Notes: generated by a model not told the origin, from the letters alone. Shown: positions 37,081 to 44,494, counted from the stretch's first letter. The stretch: DNA of 64,000 bases from a virus (IMGVR_UViG_3300032272_000011:2628-66627); one strand, 5' to 3'. Program-made: numbers and translations.

Positions 37081-37292
37081 GATTTGCCCGCGTGCGCTCG
37101 AGAGAGGAAAGGCGCGCCCCCGCGCGGGTTTGATCAAAGGCGCGCGGCGGAAAAGGTTCACGCCGGCAAACCTTTGCCTTGGCAAAGGTTCACGGCGGGA
37201 AAGGTTTTCGACGGCGCGCCTTTGGATAAAGGCAGACCTCCCCGTGCCTTTAGGCACGCGCCCCAGCCGGGGTCGGGCCCCGCCTACTCTCT

Positions 37293-37320
37293 CTATCGTC
37301 GATCGACGCCCGGGGCTTTA
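37293..37320 (-). promoter_or_regulatory. sigma28-type promoter (leftward)
   Basis: TAAA-N16-GACGATAG on minus strand. Confidence 0.65.
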
Positions 37321-37362
37321 CACGTTTCCAGAAACGTCTTTGAACACGTTTCTAAATACGTG

Positions 37363-37390
37363 TTATGGCCGGCGGCCCGATCGCCGATAA
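37363..37390 (+). promoter_or_regulatory. sigma28-type promoter
   Basis: TTAT-N16-GCCGATAA. Confidence 0.6.
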
Positions 37391-37457
37391 GAGAAGTGTC
37401 GGGGGGCGGTAAGTAAGCCGCCCCCGCCGCCCGCGCCCCCTACCGTTAGGTCCCGCC

Positions 37458-37811
37458 GTGCTAAAGCTCGTCCCCGCTAACCCGTCCCTCGTCGCCGATT
37501 TTGGCCTGCTTCCCCTGCCCGGCGGCGCCGCCCCCTTAGTCGCCTGGGATGTAACCTTTGCCGGCTCCCCGGATTCCCTGCTTTACGTGTCCGGTACCCG
37601 TACCGGCGGGGTGGCCGTGGTAATCGTTTCCCCCGACGATTGTTATACGGGGCGCGTATTTACCGCGTGGGTCGGGGCCGGGGCGGTTCCTTGGGTCCGG
37701 CGTTTCTTTCCGTCCGCGCGGGTTTCGGCCGCCGCCGCTAAGGCTGCTGGTCTGGCGCCTTTGGGCGGGGGCGCGTGCGTGGGTACCGCGTTTACCCCCG
37801 CCGCGCTGTAG
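37458..37811 (+). CDS. Early cassette protein, CA-free sense strand
   Basis: GTG start; 117 aa with no E, Q or H; own promoter. Confidence 0.6.
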   Translation: MLKLVPANPSLVADFGLLPLPGGAAPLVAWDVTFAGSPDSLLYVSGTRTGGVAVVIVSPDDCYTGRVFTAWVGAGAVPWVRRFFPSARVSAAAAKAAGLAPLGGGACVGTAFTPAAL

Positions 37812-37823
37812 GTTACCGCCGGG

Positions 37824-37864
37824 GCGCCTTTGGCCTTGGCGCTACGCGCCAAGGCCAAAGGCGC
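37824..37864. repeat. Perfect 19-bp hairpin with 3-nt loop
   Basis: gcgcctttggccttggcgc-tac-gcgccaaggccaaaggcgc. Confidence 0.9.
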
Positions 37865-37877
37865 GCCAAGAAACGTG

Positions 37878-37905
37878 TAAAGGCCGGCGCGCCGATCGCC
37901 GATAA
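37878..37905 (+). promoter_or_regulatory. sigma28-type promoter
   Basis: TAAA-N16-GCCGATAA. Confidence 0.75.
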
Positions 37906-37963
37906 AGAGAGTAGGCCGGGGGAGACCCGGCGCCCTACCCAACCCCCAACCCGGAGACGAACG

Positions 37964-38296
37964 ATGAGTAAGCTTTCCCACGACGCCGAGATGTGGAACG
38001 CCTTCGCTGGCGCCTGCGTTTTCCCGGACGGCACCGAACCTTTCTTCGCGGAAACCTCTCTGCAAAGCTACGACGCAATAATGGTTCTCGACAGCCAGGG
38101 TTACCCCGGCGAGGACCAGAAAACCGTTCTGACGCTGAACGTTATCGACAGCGAAGGAAACCCGAAAGAGGTCTGGGAGCGTAGCTTCAGCGATGAACTC
38201 ACCCGCGAAGAAATCATTCAGTGGGCGGGGGATATCGGAACCAGCGTCACGGAGAAGGAACTGCTGCTGGCCGGTTTCGTCCGCATTCCTTGCTAA
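37964..38296 (+). CDS. Early cassette hypothetical protein
   Basis: GGAGA SD; own promoter. Confidence 0.7.
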   Translation: MSKLSHDAEMWNAFAGACVFPDGTEPFFAETSLQSYDAIMVLDSQGYPGEDQKTVLTLNVIDSEGNPKEVWERSFSDELTREEIIQWAGDIGTSVTEKELLLAGFVRIPC

Positions 38297-38305
38297 GGAA
38301 ACGTG

Positions 38306-38333
38306 TAAAGGGCGCGGCGCCGATCGCCGATAA
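38306..38333 (+). promoter_or_regulatory. sigma28-type promoter
   Basis: TAAA-N16-GCCGATAA. Confidence 0.75.
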
Positions 38334-38392
38334 AGAGAGTAGGCCGGGGGTGACCCCGGCGCTGGCCCAACCCCGCGCCCGAAAGGCAACCC

Positions 38393-38638
38393 ATGAAGAA
38401 GCTAACCCGCTCCCAGGCCCGCTATCTCCTCGTCGAGGGCAAGAATATCGCTCGCCGCCTGCAGGTCATTACTACCCTCCTGGACGCCGCCTGCCCGGCC
38501 GGAGGGCCGCCCTCGGAGCTGGACGCCGAGTTCGCCTCGCCGGACGGCCAGGACTACTCGGAGGCCCTCCTCGGCGCCGTCCGAAAGGTTGCTGCCCACC
38601 TCGATTTGGACGCTGAAGACATCTTGGAAAACGCCTAA
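38393..38638 (+). CDS. Early cassette hypothetical protein
   Basis: Own promoter; its stop is the TAA of the next -35. Confidence 0.7.
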   Translation: MKKLTRSQARYLLVEGKNIARRLQVITTLLDAACPAGGPPSELDAEFASPDGQDYSEALLGAVRKVAAHLDLDAEDILENA

Positions 38639-38663
38639 AGGGCGCGGCGCCGATCGCCGATAA
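38636..38663 (+). promoter_or_regulatory. sigma28-type promoter
   Basis: TAAA-N16-GCCGATAA. Confidence 0.75.
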
Positions 38664-38702
38664 AGAGAGTAGGCCGGGGGAGTCCCGGCCTGGAGCCGAC
38701 CG

Positions 38703-38930
38703 ATGAAAACCGAAACCCGCATCTCCCCTACCCTTTCCCGCGTCGCCGTTGGCGGGGTCCTCCTGGATACCCTGAAAAGCCGCGCTGGAGCGCTGGTTTA
38801 CTTCGTCGCCGATGAACTTACGGACGAAGTTATCTTACAAACCTACGACAAAGCTGCGGCCGAGGAACTGTTCACCGCGCTAACTGTTATCGCGCCTGAA
38901 GATTCAGGCCCGGTCGTCCGGCGCCGCTAA
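38703..38930 (+). CDS. Early cassette hypothetical protein
   Basis: GGAG SD; own promoter. Confidence 0.7.
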   Translation: MKTETRISPTLSRVAVGGVLLDTLKSRAGALVYFVADELTDEVILQTYDKAAAEELFTALTVIAPEDSGPVVRRR

Positions 38931-39069
38931 AGGCACGCCCCGTGCCGCCTTTGCCCCTGGGCTAAAGGCAGCGCGGGGGAAGCATTTAGCCGGGCGCGCC
39001 TGGGTATGAACAGACTCCCCCGTGCCTTTAGGCACGCGCCCCAGGCCGGTCTCCCCCGGCCTACTCTCT

Positions 39070-39097
39070 TTATCGGCGCGATCCGGTCCGGTCTTTA
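39070..39097 (-). promoter_or_regulatory. sigma28-type promoter (leftward)
   Basis: TAAA-N16-GCCGATAA on minus strand, back-to-back with 39113. Confidence 0.7.
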
Positions 39098-39112
39098 GGC
39101 TTTTCTTTTTAC

Positions 39113-39140
39113 TAAAGCCAACCCCGCCGATCGCCGATAT
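39113..39140 (+). promoter_or_regulatory. sigma28-type promoter
   Basis: TAAA-N16-GCCGATAT. Confidence 0.75.
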
Positions 39141-39195
39141 AGAGAGTAGGCCGGGGGTGACCCGGCGACCCAACCCCGCGCCCGAAAGGCACCCG

Positions 39196-39528
39196 ATGAT
39201 GAACCTTGACGACCTGATCGAAGAGCTGACCGACCTGCGGACCGAACTCGCCCACTCACGCGGGATTTCCGAGGAAAAGGCGGGAGAGATCGAAGTGATG
39301 ATCGCCTACCAGCCAAACTACCCCCTGCGCGTAGGAATCAGCTCGGTGACGGGCTTCCAGGATTCCAACCAGCCCGTGTACCTTTCCTCGGGCGGCGAAA
39401 GCAACTACGTGACCAAAGAAGCGTGGGATGGCGGCTTAGTGGAGCTGGAGGACCTCTGCGAGTACTGCGGAAAACACGCGGAGGAAGAAATCTGCGAAGA
39501 GGCGCGGGATTGCGGCGAGCTGCTCTAA
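39196..39528 (+). CDS. Early cassette hypothetical protein
   Basis: Own promoter; IAYQPNYPL motif; C-terminal CxxC. Confidence 0.7.
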   Translation: MMNLDDLIEELTDLRTELAHSRGISEEKAGEIEVMIAYQPNYPLRVGISSVTGFQDSNQPVYLSSGGESNYVTKEAWDGGLVELEDLCEYCGKHAEEEICEEARDCGELL

Positions 39529-39546
39529 GGCGCGCCAGGAAACGCC

Positions 39547-39574
39547 TAAAGGCCCCGGCGCCGATCGCCGATAA
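39547..39574 (+). promoter_or_regulatory. sigma28-type promoter
   Basis: TAAA-N16-GCCGATAA. Confidence 0.75.
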
Positions 39575-39613
39575 AGAGAGTAGGCCGGGGGTGACCCGGC
39601 CTGGAGCCGACCG

Positions 39614-39880
39614 ATGAAGAAAATGACTGGATGCAAGCGTTGCGGGATGGCCGGGGTGGGGTTTGACACGCGCACTGGGTACCACTTGGCGTGTGCCGTT
39701 CTGGCGCAAGAAGCTTTCGTGGTGTACGACTTAGACCCTGAAAAGTGCTCTCACTGCGCGCATACGAAGTTTCGCCGGACCTCCGATTCTGTGGTCCCGT
39801 TTTGCGCCGAATGCGGCTGCAACCAGTTGCTTCGCGACCGGGCAGAAACGTCTAAAGCCGACGCCGCCGATCGCCGATAA
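39614..39880 (+). CDS. Early cassette Cys-rich protein
   Basis: Three CxxC; reads through the next promoter. Confidence 0.6.
   Translation: MKKMTGCKRCGMAGVGFDTRTGYHLACAVLAQEAFVVYDLDPEKCSHCAHTKFRRTSDSVVPFCAECGCNQLLRDRAETSKADAADRR
39853..39880 (+). promoter_or_regulatory. sigma28-type promoter
   Basis: TAAA-N16-GCCGATAA. Confidence 0.75.
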
Positions 39881-39940
39881 AGAGAGTAGGCCGGGGGAGA
39901 CCCGGTCGCTCGCCCAACCCCTCGCCCGAAAGGCACCCCG

Positions 39941-40261
39941 ATGCAAACCACCACCCCGAAGCTGACCCACTCTGGCTCCAAGGCTAACCTCTGGGAGGCT
40001 CTCCACGCCCGCGCTGCTTCGACCGTGAAGCACCACCTGTCGGACTTCTACCACGACGCCATGTGGATCGCGGCCCACCTCTCCGAGGGCCGGACCGGTC
40101 AGTTCTTCTACTCCTGGAACCTTTGCGGCACGCATATCGGGGAAGCAGTAAAGGAATACATGGAGGGCGGAAGCATCGTAACGGCCCCCATGGTGAAGGT
40201 TACCTGGGACCGCACTTCAGACGACGGCCGCGTTCGCTGGTCCGTTGAAGACGTTTCCTGA
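39941..40261 (+). CDS. Early cassette hypothetical protein
   Basis: Own promoter. Confidence 0.7.
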   Translation: MQTTTPKLTHSGSKANLWEALHARAASTVKHHLSDFYHDAMWIAAHLSEGRTGQFFYSWNLCGTHIGEAVKEYMEGGSIVTAPMVKVTWDRTSDDGRVRWSVEDVS

Positions 40262-40267
40262 AACGTC

Positions 40268-40295
40268 TTTAGGTCGGCGCGCCGATCGCCGATAA
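40268..40295 (+). promoter_or_regulatory. sigma28-type promoter
   Basis: TTTA-N16-GCCGATAA. Confidence 0.7.
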
Positions 40296-40335
40296 AGAGA
40301 GTAGGCTGGGGGAGACCCGGCCTGGAGACCCCGCC

Positions 40336-40587
40336 ATGAACCGCACCGCACGCCGAAGCCCTTCCGTCCTTTCCCTCGCAGCTACCCTCTGCGCCGCCAC
40401 CATCGAGGGGCACATCTCCCGCAAGCAGCTCAACGCCGTCCTCGAGACGCTCCAGGACGCCCACATGGGGTTCCAGATGGGGGCCGACTACGACCTGGAC
40501 GGCAACGGCCTGAAACAGGCGCAGGCAGATACCTTGCTCGAGATGCTGAATCACCTCGAGGATAGGTACCCCAAGAAAGGTGTTTGA
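40336..40587 (+). CDS. Early cassette hypothetical protein
   Basis: GGAGA SD; own promoter. Confidence 0.7.
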   Translation: MNRTARRSPSVLSLAATLCAATIEGHISRKQLNAVLETLQDAHMGFQMGADYDLDGNGLKQAQADTLLEMLNHLEDRYPKKGV

Positions 40588-40621
40588 TTTAGCGCGGACT
40601 GGGGGCGCCGATCGCCGATAA
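40588..40621 (+). promoter_or_regulatory. sigma28-type promoter with degenerate -35
   Basis: GCCGATAA at 40614; TTTA 22 nt upstream. Confidence 0.5.
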
Positions 40622-40681
40622 AGAGAGTAGGCCGGGGGTGACCCGGCCTCCCGCTCTGGCCCCTGACCGAAAGCTGATCCC

Positions 40682-40771
40682 ATGGATAACCTTTTCTCCC
40701 GCGTCGCTCGCCTGCTCGTCATCGGTTCCAGCGCTGGAAGCTTTCTCTCGCTCGTCGTAGTTTTCGCCTAA
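40682..40771 (+). CDS. 29-aa hydrophobic peptide
   Basis: MDNLFSRVARLLVIGSSAGSFLSLVVVFA; occupies a full cassette slot; below ORF-track cutoff. Confidence 0.45.
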   Translation: MDNLFSRVARLLVIGSSAGSFLSLVVVFA

Positions 40772-40796
40772 AGCTGACCCCGCCGATCGCCGATAA
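40769..40796 (+). promoter_or_regulatory. sigma28-type promoter
   Basis: TAAA-N16-GCCGATAA. Confidence 0.75.
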
Positions 40797-40842
40797 AGAG
40801 AGTAGACCGGGGCTGACGCCCCCTTGCCCAGGACCCAACGCC

Positions 40843-41097
40843 ATGAAGACCGCAACCCTCACCAAGACCCAAGAGCGCGTGCTCGACCAGATCCACCTCG
40901 CCCTGATCCACGTCACCTGCAAGAACCCCTGCGGCCTCTGGGGCCTGTACGTGACCGACACCGGCAAAGGGTACGCCGTCAAGGGCATCCACAAGGCGAC
41001 GCTGAATGCGCTCGTCAAGGCCGGAAAGGCGAAGTGGCGCCGCATTGACTACCACCAGCTGAACATTCACTACGTCCTCGAATCAGTGCTGGACTGA
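40843..41097 (+). CDS. Early cassette protein, wHTH-like
   Basis: AGGA SD; IHKATLNALVKAGKA. Confidence 0.65.
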   Translation: MKTATLTKTQERVLDQIHLALIHVTCKNPCGLWGLYVTDTGKGYAVKGIHKATLNALVKAGKAKWRRIDYHQLNIHYVLESVLD

Positions 41098-41116
41098 AGG
41101 CGCGCCAAGAAAGGTG

Positions 41117-41144
41117 TAAAGCGTAGGCGCTACGTCGCCGATAA
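41117..41144 (+). promoter_or_regulatory. sigma28-type promoter
   Basis: TAAA-N16-GCCGATAA. Confidence 0.75.
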
Positions 41145-41207
41145 GAGAGGTATAAGGGGGCGCGGCGCGCGTCCTCCCCCGCCCGGCCCCGTAACGGTAA
41201 CCTTGCC

Positions 41208-41441
41208 ATGCCTACCTCTTCCTGCCCCGTCGTCCTTACCGCCGCTAACCTTGCTTACGACGCGCTTCTCGCTAACGGGGCTGCGGCCGTCGCTAACGGG
41301 TTCCCGCTCTGCTCGGACGGTTACCCCCTGGCCTCGTCGCTGCTCCCCCTCTGCGCCGCCCTCGCCGTCCTGGAGGGTCGGGGTCGGCTCGCTGTAAGCG
41401 TCGCTGCCGACTTCCTTTCTGAGGCTGAAGGTATGGTGTAA
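41208..41441 (+). CDS. Early cassette protein, CA-free sense strand
   Basis: 77 aa hydrophobic; no Q, H, K or I; own promoter. Confidence 0.6.
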   Translation: MPTSSCPVVLTAANLAYDALLANGAAAVANGFPLCSDGYPLASSLLPLCAALAVLEGRGRLAVSVAADFLSEAEGMV

Positions 41442-41656
41442 GCCGTCTTTGTTAGGGGTGGGCGTGCGCTGCTAAGGCGCGCGCGTCTGTCTCTTCGTCG
41501 TGGAGAAAGTAAGGAGGGGGGTACCTTCGAGGGCGTGGCGCCACTGCCCCTACTCCAGCCACCAAAATCCATTACCCCACCCAAATCAGTTGTCATACTT
41601 TCCAGAATCGCCTCAAACCACTTGTCGTTCGTTCGTCTTCAGCCGATATCTCTTGT

Positions 41657-41905
41657 ATGACTACTCAAGACAAAGCCAACCTCGCAGCGTACAACGACGG
41701 TCTCCGTGTCAGCAAGAAGGGGCTCGGCCTCACTGCCTCAGGGAAGTACGACTACCGCTCTCTCGAGAGGTTGTTCGCCCGAGGGTTCCGCCGCTTCTGT
41801 CGTGGGCTGGACGCCGCTGAGGCCCAGGACGAGTTCATGCACGGGTTCGTGGACGGGCTCCACACCTCCGCCACCCACTTCGAGTGCGGCCGCCCCCGCG
41901 CGTAG
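41657..41905 (+). CDS. Hypothetical protein (probably leaderless)
   Basis: TTGTCG...GCCGATAT-N7-ATG upstream. Confidence 0.55.
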   Translation: MTTQDKANLAAYNDGLRVSKKGLGLTASGKYDYRSLERLFARGFRRFCRGLDAAEAQDEFMHGFVDGLHTSATHFECGRPRA

Positions 41906-42165
41906 TACTCACGTGACTCACGTCCCTGCAAACACCAAAGCACGCTAAACCCTTCTGGCCCAGGAGGTACTCACGCAACTCACGTGACTCAAGCTTTTTC
42001 AAGGTTGCGAGCAGAGAGCAGCGAGCCTCCTCTATACACCCTTTCTCTATCTCCTCTCTCTTTTGAAAAAGAGTGAGTTCCATGAGTAAACCATTGCAAG
42101 TACCTCCCCGGCAGCGGTTTGCCGTGCTCATGGAACGGTTTTACGACTTGAGCATTCCATGAGTC
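41906..42165. repeat. Right boundary element (inverted partner of 36545-36752)
   Basis: CTCACGTGACTCA and TCCATGAGT motifs; 42027-42069 inverted match to left element. Confidence 0.75.
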
Positions 42166-42339
42166 AAAGTCAGGAGTCGAGACAGCGGCACGCCGGAGCA
42201 AAGCGAACGGCGGGCCGGCTCCCCTCCCCCCACCGTGCGCTCCGCTTCGGCGTGGCGTCCCCTGGGCATCGCGCCCCCGTGCGCTACGCTTCGGCGGCAC
42301 GCCCTTGCTCTTCACGCGCCAAAACGACAGAACAGAGTC

Positions 42340-43005
42340 GTGGCAAAGAAGACCAGCAAAATCGAGGAGCAGTGGCCTGACGGCGTGGACCCCACCAAGC
42401 TGAAGGCAAAGCCCAACTATCGCGGCACGCGCGCGAAGGGGCCGAACAAGAGTAAGGGTGAGAAGGGTCCGAACCTCCACCCCTACACGAAGCTGACTCC
42501 CGCGATCAAGGCCGACATCGTCAGCTGCCTCTCCAAGCGCTTCCACATCGGCAACACCTGCGCCGCGATCGGCGTCAGCTACGGCTCATTCAACAATGAG
42601 CGCAAGAAGGACCCGGAGTTCGCCGCAGCCATCATGGAGGCCAAGCGCCTCTACACGGAGCTGATCGAAGGCACCATTCACTGCCGAGCGATCGACGGGT
42701 GGAAAGAGCCGGTGTTCGGCAAGATCGACAAGGTCTACAAAGACGAGGACGGCAACCTCGTCAAAGAGAGCACCACCGGGGTCGTGGGCCACGTCACCAA
42801 GTACGACAACAAGCTGCTCCTGGCCATGGCCAAGCGGTTCATGCCGGATGAGTGGAACGCCACTCAGAAGATCGAGCAGAAGAGCGAAGTGTCCGGCTCC
42901 CTCGCCGTAGACTCCTCTCTCACCCTCGCTGACTTGGACGCTGAAACGAGAAAGGCGCTGCGGTCGTTCCTACAGAAGGCCAAGCGCAATGAATCGGGAG
43001 ATTGA
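42340..43005 (+). CDS. terS: Terminase small subunit
   Basis: HTH (IGNTCAAIGVSYGSF), RAIDGWKEPVF, KYDNKLLLAM; precedes TerL. Confidence 0.75.
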   Translation: MAKKTSKIEEQWPDGVDPTKLKAKPNYRGTRAKGPNKSKGEKGPNLHPYTKLTPAIKADIVSCLSKRFHIGNTCAAIGVSYGSFNNERKKDPEFAAAIMEAKRLYTELIEGTIHCRAIDGWKEPVFGKIDKVYKDEDGNLVKESTTGVVGHVTKYDNKLLLAMAKRFMPDEWNATQKIEQKSEVSGSLAVDSSLTLADLDAETRKALRSFLQKAKRNESGD

Positions 43006-44494
43006 ATCTGTCCTCGCGTCAGCAGCGCGTAACCCGGCCGCAGCGCTGTGGGAGCTGGACACGATCGACGCGGAGACCTCCCTCCTCGACTTCATCCGCC
43101 TGACCTGGGACATCCTCGAGCCGGGCCGCACCTTCGTCGAAGGGTGGGCCGTCACCGCCATCTGCGAGCATCTCGAGGCCGTCACCCGAGGCGAGATCCG
43201 CAACCTCCTAATCAACGTGCCCCCCGGCTGCATGAAGAGCCTCACCACCAACGTCTTCTGGCCGGCGTGGGAGTGGGGGCCCAAGAACATGCCCACCCTG
43301 CGGTACGTCAGCGCGTCCTACGCGCAGGAGCTGACGATCCGAGACAACCGGCGCTGTCGTAACATCATCGTCAACGAGCAGTACCAAGCTCGCTGGGGCG
43401 ACCGCTTCAAGCTGATGTCGGACCAGAACGCCAAGACGAAGTTCGAAAACGACCACACGGGCTTCAAGATCGCGACCTCCGTTGGCGGCCTGGGCACTGG
43501 TGAACGTGGCGACCGCTTCATCATCGACGACCCCCACAACATCAAGGACGCGGAGTCGGACGCGGTGCGCGAGAGCGCGATTCAGTGGTTCACGGAAGTG
43601 GTTCCCACCCGTATCAACGACGCGGAGAAGTCGGTCCAGCTCTGCATCATGCAGCGGGTTCACGAGCGAGATGTCTCGGGCCTGATCATCGCGCAGGAGC
43701 TGGGATGGGACCACCTGATGCTCCCCATGGAGTACGAAGGCGACCACCCCTCGCTCACCAAGACCACCGTCGACTTCCACGACCCGCGCACCAAGGACGG
43801 CGAGCTGCTCTGGCCGGAACGCTTCTCGAGGCGCTACCTGGAGGAGGACCTGAAGCCGAGGCTACGGGCCTGGGGCGGTGAGTACGCCGAAGCAGGACAG
43901 CTCCAGCAGCGCCCCTCACCTCGTGGTGGTGGTGACTTCAAGCGCGAGTGGTGGCAGTTCATCGATTCCCCTCCAAGCAACATCCGCGCGACCGTTCGCG
44001 GGTGGGACCTCGCGGCGTCCAAGGACCGGGGCGCGTTCACGGCCGGCGCGAAGATGAGCATCACGCACGACGGCGAGATCATCATCGAAGACATCGTCCG
44101 CGCCCAGCGCTCTGCCCTGGGCGTCGAGAAGATGATCCACGCCTGCGCCGAGCAGGACGGGCCGAACTGCACCGTCGACCTGCCTCAGGACCCTGGGCAA
44201 GCAGGAAAGGCTCAAAAGGGGCACTACCTGCGGATGTTCCACGGTTACGATATCCGCTCCTCGCCGGAGACAGGCGCCAAGGAAGACCGGGCGCGACCTC
44301 TCGCGGCTCAGGCGGAGGGAGGCAACGTCTTCCTGGTGCGGGGTGCTTGGAACGATGCGTTCATCGCTGAGTCGTCGTTGTTCCCGAACGGGACCTACAA
44401 GGACCAAGTCGATGCGTGCTCACGTGCCTACGCGAGGCTGATCGCACGCAAGAAGAAATCGCTCGGCGGAGCACCGAAGGTGATCACGGGATGA
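42989..44494 (+). CDS. terL: Terminase large subunit
   Basis: INVPPGCMKS, FIIDDPH, MQRVHERD, RGWDLAA, KDQVDA. Confidence 0.92.
   Translation: MNREIESVLASAARNPAAALWELDTIDAETSLLDFIRLTWDILEPGRTFVEGWAVTAICEHLEAVTRGEIRNLLINVPPGCMKSLTTNVFWPAWEWGPKNMPTLRYVSASYAQELTIRDNRRCRNIIVNEQYQARWGDRFKLMSDQNAKTKFENDHTGFKIATSVGGLGTGERGDRFIIDDPHNIKDAESDAVRESAIQWFTEVVPTRINDAEKSVQLCIMQRVHERDVSGLIIAQELGWDHLMLPMEYEGDHPSLTKTTVDFHDPRTKDGELLWPERFSRRYLEEDLKPRLRAWGGEYAEAGQLQQRPSPRGGGDFKREWWQFIDSPPSNIRATVRGWDLAASKDRGAFTAGAKMSITHDGEIIIEDIVRAQRSALGVEKMIHACAEQDGPNCTVDLPQDPGQAGKAQKGHYLRMFHGYDIRSSPETGAKEDRARPLAAQAEGGNVFLVRGAWNDAFIAESSLFPNGTYKDQVDACSRAYARLIARKKKSLGGAPKVITG

Noticed and set aside
36103-37416. Short ORFs in the 36.1-37.4 kb region
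   Set aside because: Low-complexity, repeat-derived translations without SD or phage codon bias.
37293-41144. CRISPR array or integron attC array
   Set aside because: The units between repeats are 90-350-bp ORFs with leaders, spacing is irregular, no cas or integrase gene is present, and the repeat is bipartite with fixed promoter-like spacing.
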